From: Myxococcota bacterium
GTDB lineage: Bacteria; Myxococcota_A; UBA9160; PR03
Reading direction: 5' to 3'
Length of the DNA stretch: 64,000 nt
Assembly: GCA_039794265.1 (NCBI GenBank)
Contig: JBDIVR010000002.1
Span: forward strand, 145,146 to 209,145
Below are positions 40,915 to 51,380 of the stretch, piece by piece. Made by a program: the position numbers and the translations under genes. Within the stretch, counting starts at the first letter, position 1. Every line of letters starts with the position of its first letter. Under the pieces are notes generated by a model. The model worked only from the letters and a program-made list of their open reading frames with translations. It had not been told where the DNA came from and made no database searches.

Positions 40915-41050
40915 CGGAGCGTCGGCGTCGAGGCGCCGACCGGCAGCGGTGCGCGCCTTGCCGCGAACGGATTCTTCCAATAGCCTTGCGCACTTAGCGC
41001 GCCGTTCCAAGGCTCTTCCGCTGCCCGGGCAGCAAAGGATCGACCCCACC

Positions 41051-42268
41051 ATGGCTCCGGTTCCCGGATCGATCATCCGGCACGACTTCCACAAGCTCAA
41101 CCGGCTGCCGCCGTACGTGTTCGCCGAGGTGATCGCGTTGATGTCGGCGGCGCGGCGGGCCGGCGAGGACGTCATCGATCTCGGCATGGGCAATCCGGAT
41201 CTTCCGACGCCGCGCCATGTCGTCGAGAAGATCTGCGAGGCAGCGCACAACCCGCGCAACCACCGCTACTCGGCGTCCCGCGGCCTCCCGAATCTGCGTG
41301 CCGGGATCACCGAGTGGTACCAGCGGGGCTACGGGGTCGAACTCGACCCCGAAACCGAGGCGATCGCCACGATCGGATCGAAAGAGGGTTTGGCCCACTT
41401 CATCCTGATGACGATCGGCCCCGGAGACGTCGTCCTGTGTCCCGATCCTGCCTATCCGATCCACCAGTACTCGGTGATCATCGCGGGCGGACAGCTGCGT
41501 ACGGTCCCGCTGACACCGGATTGCGATTTCATCGCCAACCTCGAGACGGCAATGCGCCTCACGTGGCCGAAGCCCAAGCTGCTCCTGCTGTCGTTCCCGG
41601 CGAATCCGACGACGCAGGTCGTGGATCTCGCGTTCTTCGAGCGCGTGATCGAGTTCGCCCGCGACAACGATCTGATGGTCGTCCACGATTTCGCCTACGC
41701 GGAGATCACTTTCGATGGCTACCGAGCGCCGAGCATCCTCGAGGTGCCCGCTGCGCGCGAGATCGCGATCGAGTTCGGATCGCTGAGCAAGAGCCACTCG
41801 ATGGCGGGATGGCGTGTCGGATTCGCCACCGGAAATCGCGACATGATCCACGCGCTCGGCCGCATCAAGAGCTACCTCGACTACGGGATGCCGACCCCCA
41901 TCCAGATCGGCGCGATCGTCGCGTTGCGCGGGCCGCAGGACTGTGTGGCCGAAGCCGTCGCGGTGTACAGGGATCGCCGGGACGCGCTGATCGAGGGGCT
42001 CGGTGCGCCCGGGGACGGCCAATGGAAGATCGAGAAGCCGCTGGCGACGATGTTCGTGTGGGCGCCGATCCCGGAACCCCTGCGCGCGATGGGCTCGCTC
42101 GAGTTCTCGAAGCGGCTGCTCACCGAAGCGCACGTGGCCGTGTCGCCCGGCATCGGCTTCGGGGAGACCGGGGAGGGCTTCGTGCGCTTCGCGCTGGTCG
42201 AGAACCGCCACCGGATCCGGCAGGCGGTCCGCGGCATCCGGCGCTTCCTGCGCGAGGCGGGCGCGTGA
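41051..42268 (+). CDS. Class I/II PLP-dependent aminotransferase (AlaC/aspartate aminotransferase-like)
   Basis: LPPYVFAEV...[12 protein letters not shown], and [15 protein letters not shown] (PLP-binding Lys). It lies directly upstream of hom-thrC. Confidence 0.9.
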   Translation: MAPVPGSIIRHDFHKLNRLPPYVFAEVIALMSAARRAGEDVIDLGMGNPDLPTPRHVVEKICEAAHNPRNHRYSASRGLPNLRAGITEWYQRGYGVELDPETEAIATIGSKEGLAHFILMTIGPGDVVLCPDPAYPIHQYSVIIAGGQLRTVPLTPDCDFIANLETAMRLTWPKPKLLLLSFPANPTTQVVDLAFFERVIEFARDNDLMVVHDFAYAEITFDGYRAPSILEVPAAREIAIEFGSLSKSHSMAGWRVGFATGNRDMIHALGRIKSYLDYGMPTPIQIGAIVALRGPQDCVAEAVAVYRDRRDALIEGLGAPGDGQWKIEKPLATMFVWAPIPEPLRAMGSLEFSKRLLTEAHVAVSPGIGFGETGEGFVRFALVENRHRIRQAVRGIRRFLREAGA

Positions 42269-43608
42269 GCTCGGGCGCGAGAGCCGGGGACGGAATCGGC
42301 GTCGGGCTGATCGGCTTCGGCACGATCGGCACCGGCGTCGTCCGGGTGCTGCAGGAGAACGCTGCGTCGATTGCCGCCCGACTCGGCTTTCCGTTGCGCC
42401 TGGTCCGGATCGCGGATCTCGACACCGAGCGCGATCGCGGCGTCGACATCACCGGCGTTCGCTTCGACGCCGACGCCGAGGCGCTGATCGACGATCCCGC
42501 CGTGCACCTCGTCGTCGAGCTGATCGGGGGATACGAAACGGCGCGCCGGCTGATCCTCCGCGCGCTCGAGCGGGGCAAGCCGGTGGTCACCGCCAACAAG
42601 GCGCTGCTGGCGGTTCATGGCAAGGAGATCTTCGATGCCGGCCGCGCCCACGGCGCCGACGTCGCGTTCGAGGCCAGCGTCGGCGGCGGCATCCCGATCC
42701 TCCGCTCGCTCCGCGAGGGCTTCGCCGCCAACCGCATCCTGTCGGTGCGCGGCATCATCAACGGCACCACCAACTACGTGCTCACGGAGATGGAGAAGAG
42801 CAGCGAATCCTTCGATGCGGTGCTGAAGCGCGCGCAGGAGCTGGGCTACGCGGAGGCGGACCCGAGCTTCGATGTCGACGGCATCGACGCCGCGCACAAG
42901 ATCACGCTGCTCGCCGCGATGGCGTTCGGGGCCGAGCTGACCGCCAAGGAAGTGCCGACCGAGGGGATCCGCGAGATCACCCTGACGGATATCGAGAGCG
43001 CCGACGAGCTCGGGTATCGAATCAAGCTGCTCGGGATCACCAAGCTGCACGCGGACGCGAGCGGCGAGCGGGTGGAAGTACGCGTGCACCCCACGCTGAT
43101 CCCCGCGGAGTCGCTGCTCGCCAAGGTGGACGGCGCGATGAACGCGATCGCCGTACACGGCGATGCGGTGGGTCCCACGCTCTTCTACGGCGCCGGCGCC
43201 GGGGAGATGCCGACGGCGAGTGCGGTGGTCGGCGATCTCGTGGAACTCGCCCGCGAGGTGCGACGAGGCAGCACCGGCCGTGTGGCGCCGCTGTCGTTCC
43301 TGCCCGAATCCCTGGTGCCGAAGTCGTTGGTTCCGCTCGGCGAGCTGTTCGGCCGCTGCTATCTGCGTTTCAACGCCTTGGATCGGCGAGGGGTTCTCGC
43401 GCACATCACGGGCGCGCTCGGAACACACGGGATCTCGATCGAGTCGGTGCTGCAGAAAGGGCGCGGGCATCCGGGCGAATCGGTTCCCGTCGTCGTGTTG
43501 ACACATCCCGTCCGAGAAGCGGCGGTGCGGAGCGCCCTCGAGAGCATCGATGCGAGTCCCGAGCTGACGACGCCGACGCAACTCATCCGCATCGAGGAGG
43601 ACCTGTGA
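42265..43608 (+). CDS. hom: Homoserine dehydrogenase
   Basis: The GTG overlaps the aminotransferase stop. [28 protein letters not shown], and a C-terminal ACT domain. Confidence 0.93.
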   Translation: MSSGARAGDGIGVGLIGFGTIGTGVVRVLQENAASIAARLGFPLRLVRIADLDTERDRGVDITGVRFDADAEALIDDPAVHLVVELIGGYETARRLILRALERGKPVVTANKALLAVHGKEIFDAGRAHGADVAFEASVGGGIPILRSLREGFAANRILSVRGIINGTTNYVLTEMEKSSESFDAVLKRAQELGYAEADPSFDVDGIDAAHKITLLAAMAFGAELTAKEVPTEGIREITLTDIESADELGYRIKLLGITKLHADASGERVEVRVHPTLIPAESLLAKVDGAMNAIAVHGDAVGPTLFYGAGAGEMPTASAVVGDLVELAREVRRGSTGRVAPLSFLPESLVPKSLVPLGELFGRCYLRFNALDRRGVLAHITGALGTHGISIESVLQKGRGHPGESVPVVVLTHPVREAAVRSALESIDASPELTTPTQLIRIEEDL

Positions 43609-45008
43609 CGGCGAACGCCACGGACGCGCCGCGAAAGCTCCATCATCGCGCCTGGTTCGAGTCCCTGCACGACTCATCCGAGCGCTACGGACTCGACGAG
43701 GTGGTGTATACCGCGCGCGACGGTGCGCTCCTGCAGGTGGTCCACGACCTCGCTGAGCTGCGCAAGACCCCGGCCGCCGAGTGGCGACGCCTGTTCGAGG
43801 AGCGTTCGCGCAAGAACGATTGGCCCTACGGCTCGGGGGTCTGGGGCAAGAAGGAGTGGGTCTGCCCGGAGCTCGACCATGCGAACGTCGTCTCGATGTA
43901 CGAAGGTCATTCCAATCTTTTCTGGGCGGAGCGCTACGGCCGCGAGTTGGGTCTAGACGAGCTGTGGATCAAGCAGTGCGGGAACTCCCACACGGGATCC
44001 TTCAAGGATCTCGGGATGACGGTCCTGGTCTCGATGGTGAAGGAGATGCGCGCCCGCGGCCGCGACATTCCGGCCGTGGCGTGCGCCTCCACCGGCGACA
44101 CCTCGGCGGCGCTGTCTGCCTACGCGGCCGCGGCCGGGATCCCGGCGATCGTATTCCTGCCGCGCGGGAAGATCTCCGTCGCGCAGCTGATCCAGCCGGT
44201 GGCGAACGGCGCGATCGTGTTCGCGCTCGACACGGACTTCGACGGCTGCATGGAAATCGTCAAGCAGGTGGCCGAGCGCGACGGCGTGTACCTCGCGAAC
44301 TCGATGAACAGCTTGCGGATCGAGGGCCAGAAGACGGTCGGCATCGAGATCGTCCAGCAGCTGGACTGGGAGGTCCCGGACTGGATCGTGATCCCGGGCG
44401 GCAACCTCGGCAACGTCTCGGCACTGGCCAAGGGACTCGACATGATGCTCGATCTCGGCCTGGTGTCGCGAAAACCGCGGATCGTCTGCGCGCAGGCGGA
44501 GGCGGCGAACCCGCTCTACCTGTCGTTCCTGCGCAACTTCGAGGTCTTCGAGCCGATCGCGGCTCGGCCCACGCTCGCGAGCGCGATCCAGATCGGCAAC
44601 CCCGTCTCGATCGAGAAGGCGATCGATGCGCTCCGGCGCTACGACGGGATCGTCGAACAGGCGACCGAGCAGGAGATTGCCGAGTCTTGTGCCCATGCGG
44701 ACCGGACTGGCCTCTTCAACTGCCCGCACACGGGCGTGGCGCTCGCTGCGACGGCCAAGCTCGTCGATCGCGGAGTGATCCGCTCACAGGATCGCGTGGT
44801 GGTGATCTCCACAGCGCATGGGCTCAAGTTCGTCGACTTCAAGGTGAAGTACCACTCGATGACACTCGAAGGCATCGTCTCGGAGCTGCCCAACCCGCCG
44901 ATCGAGCTCCCGGCCCGCTACGAAACCGTGCGGGACGAGATGCGGCGGCAGATCGATGCGCGCGCGGCCCTCACGAGATCCGAGCCGCGTCGCACGCCAC
45001 GGCCCTAG
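43605..45008 (+). CDS. thrC: Threonine synthase
   Basis: The GTG overlaps the hom stop. [14 protein letters not shown] (PLP-binding Lys) and [16 protein letters not shown]. Confidence 0.93.
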   Translation: MTANATDAPRKLHHRAWFESLHDSSERYGLDEVVYTARDGALLQVVHDLAELRKTPAAEWRRLFEERSRKNDWPYGSGVWGKKEWVCPELDHANVVSMYEGHSNLFWAERYGRELGLDELWIKQCGNSHTGSFKDLGMTVLVSMVKEMRARGRDIPAVACASTGDTSAALSAYAAAAGIPAIVFLPRGKISVAQLIQPVANGAIVFALDTDFDGCMEIVKQVAERDGVYLANSMNSLRIEGQKTVGIEIVQQLDWEVPDWIVIPGGNLGNVSALAKGLDMMLDLGLVSRKPRIVCAQAEAANPLYLSFLRNFEVFEPIAARPTLASAIQIGNPVSIEKAIDALRRYDGIVEQATEQEIAESCAHADRTGLFNCPHTGVALAATAKLVDRGVIRSQDRVVVISTAHGLKFVDFKVKYHSMTLEGIVSELPNPPIELPARYETVRDEMRRQIDARAALTRSEPRRTPRP

Positions 45009-45011
45009 CCG

Positions 45012-45629
45012 GTGTTCACGGGAATCATCGAGGACGTCGGCCGCGTGGTCGCCGTCGAGCCCGCTGGGGAGATCACGCGGCTGCGCATCGCGGCGCCGGA
45101 CGTGGCCGAAGGGACCGCCGTCGGTGCCAGCATTGCCGTCAACGGGGCGTGTCTGACGGTGGTCGCAGTGGCCGGCGTCCAGCTCGTCTTCGAAGCCGTC
45201 CAGGAGACGATCGACCGGACCTCCATCGGCGCTCTTCGGGCGGGCTCGCGCGTCAACCTCGAGCGCGCGCTGCGCGCGGACGGGCGGCTCGATGGGCATA
45301 TCGTCCAGGGACACGTCGACGACACCGGGCGGGTTCGCGCTCTGGAACGGCATGGAGACGATGTCCGGCTCGCCGTGGACTGCCGTCCCGAGCTGGCGAA
45401 CCAGCTGGTCCCGAAAGGTTCCATCGCGATCGACGGCGTGTCCTTGACCGTGGCGCAGCTCTCGGACGCTGGTTTCGAGGTGGCGCTGATTCCGCACACG
45501 CTCGCCGAAACCAATCTCGCTGATCGCATCCCTGGTGACCGCGTGAACCTCGAGGCCGATGTGCTCGGCAAGTACGTGTTGCGCTATCTCGAGCGGGTCG
45601 TCGGCGCCGGGTGGCCTCGACCCGGCTGA
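45012..45629 (+). CDS. ribE: Riboflavin synthase
   Basis: (M)FTGIIEDVGRV...SIAVNGACLTV...GSIAIDGVSLTV: the duplicated lumazine-binding repeats. Confidence 0.93.
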   Translation: MFTGIIEDVGRVVAVEPAGEITRLRIAAPDVAEGTAVGASIAVNGACLTVVAVAGVQLVFEAVQETIDRTSIGALRAGSRVNLERALRADGRLDGHIVQGHVDDTGRVRALERHGDDVRLAVDCRPELANQLVPKGSIAIDGVSLTVAQLSDAGFEVALIPHTLAETNLADRIPGDRVNLEADVLGKYVLRYLERVVGAGWPRPG

Positions 45630-45756
45630 TCGGAGACAGCGCTCGGGCATTGGAGCGGGCCTCGATTCGGAGCTAGTGTCCCGTCTCGGAAGTCCGCCTG
45701 CATTCGATCGCGAATCCGGGCCGCTCGCCTGTAGCGCCACCCCGACGGAGAATCCG

Positions 45757-46458
45757 GTGAATCGCATTCTCGACATCGCCACCTCTCTCGTGGCCTCCGG
45801 CTCTCGTCTGTTCGCGGGCCTTCGCGTGGAGGCGCTCGGACCGCGCCCGGAACGGCCGCTCGAGCTGTACGAGTTCGAAGGCTGTCCGTACTGCCGCAAA
45901 GTCCGCGAGGTGCTGACTGCGCTCGACCTGGACGCCGAGATCCGGCCGTGCCCGAAAGGCGGAGAACGCTTCCGTCCGTTCGTGCGCGAGCACGGGGGCA
46001 AGGAGCAGTTTCCCTACCTCGTCGATCCGAACACCGGCAAGGCGATGTACGAGTCCTCCGACATCGTCCGGTACCTGTTTGCGACCTACGGCACCGGCTC
46101 GCCCCCACTGCTCTACTCGGCGGGGCCGCTCGTCGATCTCGGCGCGATGCTCGCGAGCGCGGCGCGGCCCGGTTTCGGGGCCCGCGCCGAGCCTTCCCGC
46201 GTGCCGCGCCAGCCGCTCGAGCTGTGGAGCTTCGAGGCATCCCCGTTCTGCCGGATCGTGCGCGAGAAGCTGTGCACGCTGGAGCTCCCGTACCGGCTCC
46301 ACAACGTGGGCAAGAGCAGCCCCGGTCGTCCCGCGTTCGAGCGCCGCGCCGGTCGGATGCAGGTGCCGTTCCTCGTCGATCCCAACACCAACGTCGAGAT
46401 GTTCGAATCCGCCGACATCGTCCACTACCTCGATGCGACGTATGGCGGTGTCGACTGA
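45757..46458 (+). CDS. Protein with two tandem glutaredoxin-like / GST N-terminal domains
   Basis: GTG 45757 with RBS GGAG. Domain 1 is LELYEFEGCPYCRKVREVL...FPYLVDPNTGKAMYESSDIVRYL. Domain 2 is LELWSFEASPFCRIVREKL...VPFLVDPNTNVEMFESADIVHYL. Confidence 0.7.
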   Translation: MNRILDIATSLVASGSRLFAGLRVEALGPRPERPLELYEFEGCPYCRKVREVLTALDLDAEIRPCPKGGERFRPFVREHGGKEQFPYLVDPNTGKAMYESSDIVRYLFATYGTGSPPLLYSAGPLVDLGAMLASAARPGFGARAEPSRVPRQPLELWSFEASPFCRIVREKLCTLELPYRLHNVGKSSPGRPAFERRAGRMQVPFLVDPNTNVEMFESADIVHYLDATYGGVD

Positions 46459-46483
46459 GCCGGTCGCCGCGGTAGACCCGATC

Positions 46484-47842
46484 TCAGCTCAACCGGTCCA
46501 GCGCGAGCGTGGCGATTCCGAGGAACGAGAAGAACCCCACGGCGTCCGTGAAGGTCGTGACGATCACTCCCGATCCGAGGGCCGGATCCTGCCCGAGCGC
46601 CTTCAGCACGAGCGGCACGCCGGCCCCGGACAGGCTGGCGACCGTCATGCTGACGACGATCGCCGCGAAGACCACGAGCCCCATGACGGGGTTCGTGCCC
46701 CACCAGCTTGCGATCCCCGCCGCAGCGGCGCCCGTCGCGGCACCGACCAGCAGGCCCACGAGCGACTGATTGAAGACCGCGCGCCCGGCGCTCGAGAGCT
46801 CCGCCTCCCCGAGGGCGATGCCGCGGGCGACGACCGTCAGCGACTGGATTCCGGCGTTACCGGCCATCCCCGCGACGACCGGCATGAAGACCGCCAGCAG
46901 CACGACCTGCTCGATGGCGCGCTCGAACAGTCCGACGACTCCCGCGGCGAGGAAGCAGGTCGCGAGGTTGATGGCCATCCACGGCAGGCGCTTGCGAACC
47001 GAGAGCATGACGGGAGTGTAGATCCGCTCTGCTTCGTGCAAGCCCGCGAGGTGGTAGATGTCCTCGGTCGCCTCTTCCCGGATGACGTCGATCACGTCGT
47101 CGACGGTGATGACGCCCAGCATGTGGCCATCCGCGTCCGTGACGGGAAGCGCCAGCAGGTTGTAGCGCGCGACGATCGCCGCCACCTGCTCCTGATCGGT
47201 GTCGGCAAGAACGCGGATGGCGTCGGGAATCATCAACTCGCCGCAGCGGCGATCGGGCGCGGCGGTCACGAGACGCCGGATCGGAACCACGCCGCGCAAG
47301 CGGCCCTCGTCGTCGACGACGTAGAGATACAGCACGGACTCGGTCTCGTGACCGGCGCCCCGTGCGCGGACGAAATCGATGGCCTCCTGCGCCGTCATCT
47401 TCGCGTCGAGCGCGACGAAGTCCGTCGTCATGACACGACCGGCGCTCTGCTCCGGATACAGTTCGATCTGACGCAGGTGCTCCCGGCGCTCTTCGGGCAG
47501 CCGAGCAATGACCGCCTCGCGGCGCTGGTCCGGCAGCTCGGCGACGAGATGCGCCATGTCATCGCTCGGCAGCCGCGCCAGGGCCACGCCGAGCCGCTCG
47601 TCGCCGACGGCCTCGACGACCCGGCGGAAGAGATCCGGGGGGAGCTCGGAAAGCACCTCGGCGGCGCGCTGGCGCGCGGACAGCAGGTCGATCACGGTCC
47701 GGATCTCGTCGGGCTCGAGGTCCGAGAGCAGCGGGCCGTAATCCGCTGCATGCACGCGCGCGAGCAGCCGTTCGGCGCGGCCATCGAGGCCGCTGGCCAG
47801 GAGGCGTCGCAGGATGCGCGCTGTGAGTTCCGGGGCAGCCAT
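46484..47842 (-). CDS. mgtE: Magnesium transporter MgtE
   Basis: ATG at 47842 gives MAAPELTARI. It has the MgtE N-domain, tandem CBS domains, and a TM domain (PVVAGMAGNAGIQSLTV...GVIVTTFTDAVGFFSFLG). The 764-aa track ORF extension was rejected. Confidence 0.93.
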   Translation of the reverse strand: MAAPELTARILRRLLASGLDGRAERLLARVHAADYGPLLSDLEPDEIRTVIDLLSARQRAAEVLSELPPDLFRRVVEAVGDERLGVALARLPSDDMAHLVAELPDQRREAVIARLPEERREHLRQIELYPEQSAGRVMTTDFVALDAKMTAQEAIDFVRARGAGHETESVLYLYVVDDEGRLRGVVPIRRLVTAAPDRRCGELMIPDAIRVLADTDQEQVAAIVARYNLLALPVTDADGHMLGVITVDDVIDVIREEATEDIYHLAGLHEAERIYTPVMLSVRKRLPWMAINLATCFLAAGVVGLFERAIEQVVLLAVFMPVVAGMAGNAGIQSLTVVARGIALGEAELSSAGRAVFNQSLVGLLVGAATGAAAAGIASWWGTNPVMGLVVFAAIVVSMTVASLSGAGVPLVLKALGQDPALGSGVIVTTFTDAVGFFSFLGIATLALDRLS

Positions 47843-48349
47843 CGTCGCGAGGGGCCTTTCCTTCTGCGGCTCGTCCGGGCGCGAGAACGCTCGCTTCGGA
47901 GGGCGTCGTGCTCGAGGCGCCTCCGTGGAGAGCGCGAAGATCGCATCCGTCGCCCTCGTCAGCAGGCGCGGACGGCCTCCGGTCGGCTGGCGGCCGCCGA
48001 TTCTCGAGTTCTGCGTGCGCCAAGGTCCAGTGTCGCCCAGCCCCGGTTCTGCGTCACCGGCGGGGAGAGCAGCTTCGATTCCATCCGCCCCGCGTGGACG
48101 CTGGGGGAGAACGTCCCCCCCCGCCGCAACGATCGATGCGTCGAGTGGCCCGGGGGGGCACCACGGATGCGGGAAGTCCGTTGTCATGGGAGACGAAAAG
48201 GGATGATAAGATGACGGAAACCGTGGCCCCCGGGGAGAGGGCGTCCGCCTCCGCGTCGGCTCGCGGCGGCGGTAGCTTGCGCATCTCTTCACCGGATCTC
48301 CTGCCAGGGGAGCGGCCGAAGATCGCCAGGCCACGGGGAGGGGCGTCCG

Positions 48350-48583
48350 GTGAAGCAGCTCATCGAAGCGATCGTGCACGCGCTCGTGGACAAGCCCGAA
48401 CAGGTCCAGATCAAGGAGGTGATCGGGGACCACGCGCACGTGCTCGAACTGTCGGTTGCGAAAGAAGATCTGGGCAAGGTGATCGGAAAGGGCGGCGCCC
48501 ACGCGTCGGCGATCCGCACGATCATGGCCGCTGCCAGCGGCAAGGAGAAGAAGCGCTACATCCTCGAGATCATCGAGCACTGA
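48350..48583 (+). CDS. KH-domain RNA-binding protein (YlqC/UPF0109-like)
   Basis: MKQLIEAIVHALVDKPEQVQIKEV...KEDLGKVIGKGGAHASAIRTIM (GxxG KH motif). GTG start after a GGGGAGGGG RBS. Confidence 0.85.
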   Translation: MKQLIEAIVHALVDKPEQVQIKEVIGDHAHVLELSVAKEDLGKVIGKGGAHASAIRTIMAAASGKEKKRYILEIIEH

Positions 48584-48744
48584 TCTCTCCGCGGAGAGGA
48601 TGAGAAGGCGAAGCCAGTCGCCGCGGCTCCTGGTATCCTCCTCCGCTTCGCTCGCGCCTGATCGGAACACGCGGCTGCATCGGGAACACGCGGTTTCAGG
48701 ATCGGAGCAGTTCCGTCCGGGCGTTCGACGATCGGAGGGTTTCG

Positions 48745-50568
48745 GTGACCGCAGGCAAGTTCCAGTTCGACGCGTCACCCGCGGTGGGCGCCCAGATCGA
48801 GGCGCGCGCCCAGCACGCCGAGGTGGGCCAGCGCCTCTTCCTTTGCCAGCACGACCGAGCCTGGACGTATCGCACCTACCGCGACGAGTCCGTGCGCTTG
48901 GCGCATTTCCTGTTGCGCCGGCTGGGTCCGATCGACGAACGACGCCCGGGGCACGTCGCGATGCTGCTCGAGAACCATCTCGAATTGCTCGCGCTCTACG
49001 GCGCCTGCGCGTATGGCGGCCTCACGCTCTTCGGCATCAACACCGGATTGCGGGGCGACACGCTCTCCGGCGTCGTCGAGACTTCCGGTGCACGGATGCT
49101 CGTCGTCGACGAGAAGCTGCTGCCGGAGGTCGAACGCGTCGCGGGCCGGCTCGGGAGCGTCGTTCCAGAGAACGTGCTGGTCTTGCGAACGAGCGAAACC
49201 TCCGATCTCGCCGGGCGGGATCTGATGGCGTGCGTGGCTTCGGAGGTCGCGCCGGCCGGGACGAGCCTCGACGCGCCGGACGTGTCCGTCGACCCGAGCC
49301 AGAACCTGATGGTGATCTACACCTCGGGGACCACGGGGCTTCCGAAGGGCATCAACAACAGTCATCTGAAGTTCTTCCTGATCGGGAAGGGCGTCTCTGG
49401 AAATCTGTCGCTCGGCGCCGAGGATCGGGGCTACGCCTGCATGCCGCTGTTCCATTCGAACGCCATGTTCCTCGGCTTCCATCCTGCGCTCGAGGTCTGC
49501 GGCAGTCTCGCGCTGCGAGAGCGTTTCAGCGCCAGCCAGTTCGTCCCGGACGTCCTGCAGCACGGGGTCACGTACTGGAACTACGTCGGCGAGCCGGTTC
49601 ACTACGTGCTGGGAGCGATCGAGAAACGATACGGCGGCGACGAGGAGCGGATCCAAGCGGAGGTCGCGCGACATCCTCGCAATCGCCTGCGCTACGCGCT
49701 CGGCAACGGCGCCGCGCCGCCGGACATCGACCGGTTCACGCGATGGCTCGGACTCGAGGACATGTTCGAACTCTACGGGTCGACCGAAGCGGCGATCAGC
49801 ACGTTCCGCAAGAAGGGCGATCCGCGCGGGAGCGTCGGCGAAGTGCAGGATCCGAACGTGCAGATCCTGCGCGCCGATGGAAGCGAGTGCCCGCCGGCGG
49901 AGGTGGACGCCGACGGGAAGATCGTGAACTACGAAGAGGCCGTCGGCGAGATCTGTCGCGTGGCGCCGGATACCGGACTGTTCCAGGGCTACTTCGACAA
50001 TCCCGATGCGACGAACTCGAAGTATCGGGACGGCGTGTACCACTCCGGCGATCTCGGCCACCTGGTGCTTCGCGACGGGCGGCGATTCCTGTACTTCGAC
50101 GGTCGGACGGACGACTGGATTCGCAAGGACGGCGAGAACTTCTCCGCCGCGCAGGTGGCGCGCCTGCTCCAAGAGCATCCGGACGTCGATCTGGCGGCGG
50201 CCTACGGCGTTCCGTGCCACGTTTCGGACGAGCTCGTGATGGCGGCGATCAAGCTCCGTCCGGGGGCGCACTTCGAGGCCAAGGGCTTCTTCGCCTTCTG
50301 CGAGGACCTGGTGTCGCACGGCGGCATGGACCGAAAGTGGTTCCCGGACTTCGTGCGCATCGTAGACGACTTCGAGTTCACCCAGACCCAGAAGATCCTC
50401 GTCCGCCAGCTCAAGGCCGTGCACTTCAACCGGCGCCTGCTCAGCGAGGAACCGATCTTCTGGCGCGAGCGCGGCGACGAGAGCTTCAAACCCTTCTCCC
50501 GCGAGGACTACGAGAAGCTCCGGCTCGAGTTCGAGGCGGCCGAGCGGCTGCAGATCCTCGAGCGATAG
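48745..50568 (+). CDS. AMP-dependent acyl-CoA synthetase/ligase (FadD-like)
   Basis: YTSGTTGLPKGI AMP-binding motif, YGSTE, GDLG and DDWIRKDGENFS. The GTG start is uncertain. Confidence 0.85.
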   Translation: MTAGKFQFDASPAVGAQIEARAQHAEVGQRLFLCQHDRAWTYRTYRDESVRLAHFLLRRLGPIDERRPGHVAMLLENHLELLALYGACAYGGLTLFGINTGLRGDTLSGVVETSGARMLVVDEKLLPEVERVAGRLGSVVPENVLVLRTSETSDLAGRDLMACVASEVAPAGTSLDAPDVSVDPSQNLMVIYTSGTTGLPKGINNSHLKFFLIGKGVSGNLSLGAEDRGYACMPLFHSNAMFLGFHPALEVCGSLALRERFSASQFVPDVLQHGVTYWNYVGEPVHYVLGAIEKRYGGDEERIQAEVARHPRNRLRYALGNGAAPPDIDRFTRWLGLEDMFELYGSTEAAISTFRKKGDPRGSVGEVQDPNVQILRADGSECPPAEVDADGKIVNYEEAVGEICRVAPDTGLFQGYFDNPDATNSKYRDGVYHSGDLGHLVLRDGRRFLYFDGRTDDWIRKDGENFSAAQVARLLQEHPDVDLAAAYGVPCHVSDELVMAAIKLRPGAHFEAKGFFAFCEDLVSHGGMDRKWFPDFVRIVDDFEFTQTQKILVRQLKAVHFNRRLLSEEPIFWRERGDESFKPFSREDYEKLRLEFEAAERLQILER

Positions 50569-50789
50569 CACCGCGGCCCGCTTCGCGAGTACGAATTCGA
50601 CCCAGAGGCGGGTACGGAATCGTCCCCGATAGGCGGGGCTTGCGTGTCCGATCGCCTCGCGGCGATGGCGCGCCGGCTGCTTGCGGGCGCAGTTGCCGGA
50701 CTCGGCGACGGGCACGCGGGTTGCAAACCTCTCGCGATCGCCAACTGCTGGCCCGCTGGCGTGCCAGTCACGAGCGAGGGAGGGCGGAG

Positions 50790-51281
50790 ATGAGTGGGAT
50801 CCTGGGTCCGGAGGAGTCACTGCGCCGAGCGCGGGAGTTGTTGAGGTCGGGGCTGGAGACAGCGGCGCTCGAGCATTTCGCGAATGCGCGAGAGCGCGCG
50901 CCGGACGATCCCCGTATCCGATCCCACTATGGGTGGGCCGTGGCGACGATCGAACATCGCGTGGACCGCGGCGTAGCGTTGTGTCGATCCGCGCTGCGCG
51001 ACGGGGCCGATCAGCCGGAGGTCTATCACAACCTCGCGCGAATCCTGCTGGCGCACGGCCGGAAGAGCGAGGGAATGAAATACATCCGGCGAGGGCTGAT
51101 GGTCGACCCGCGCAACGCCGCGCTGATCCTGGAGTGGCGCCGACTCGGCGTCCGCAGGTCACCGGTGCTGTCGTTCCTGCACCGCCGGCACCCCGCGAAC
51201 CGCGCGCTGGGCCGGCTCCGGCGGGTCTTCGTCCGCGATTTCGTGTTGCCGCGAGAGCTCCTCGCCGAGGGGTCGGGTTGA
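50790..51281 (+). CDS. Hypothetical TPR-like helical repeat protein
   Basis: ATG 50790 after a GAGGGAGGG RBS. The 163-aa helical sequence carries TPR-like A/Y/L spacing (ALEHFANARERAPDDPRIRSHYGWA...PEVYHNLARILLAHGRKSEGMKYIRRGL). Confidence 0.5.
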   Translation: MSGILGPEESLRRARELLRSGLETAALEHFANARERAPDDPRIRSHYGWAVATIEHRVDRGVALCRSALRDGADQPEVYHNLARILLAHGRKSEGMKYIRRGLMVDPRNAALILEWRRLGVRRSPVLSFLHRRHPANRALGRLRRVFVRDFVLPRELLAEGSG

Positions 51282-51380
51282 TGCCAGGGCGCCCCGCCGC
51301 TCGGCGGTTGACTCTCGCCCGGGGAACGGGTACCCCTCTCGCCCGCTTTCGCTCCTCGAAAGCGCGTGCTGGAGCAAACC

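Noticed and set aside
47843-48349. An M-box (ykoK) Mg2+ riboswitch in the mgtE leader.
   Set aside because: I could not find the conserved M-box cores on the mgtE-sense strand by eye. A covariance-model search is needed before any claim.
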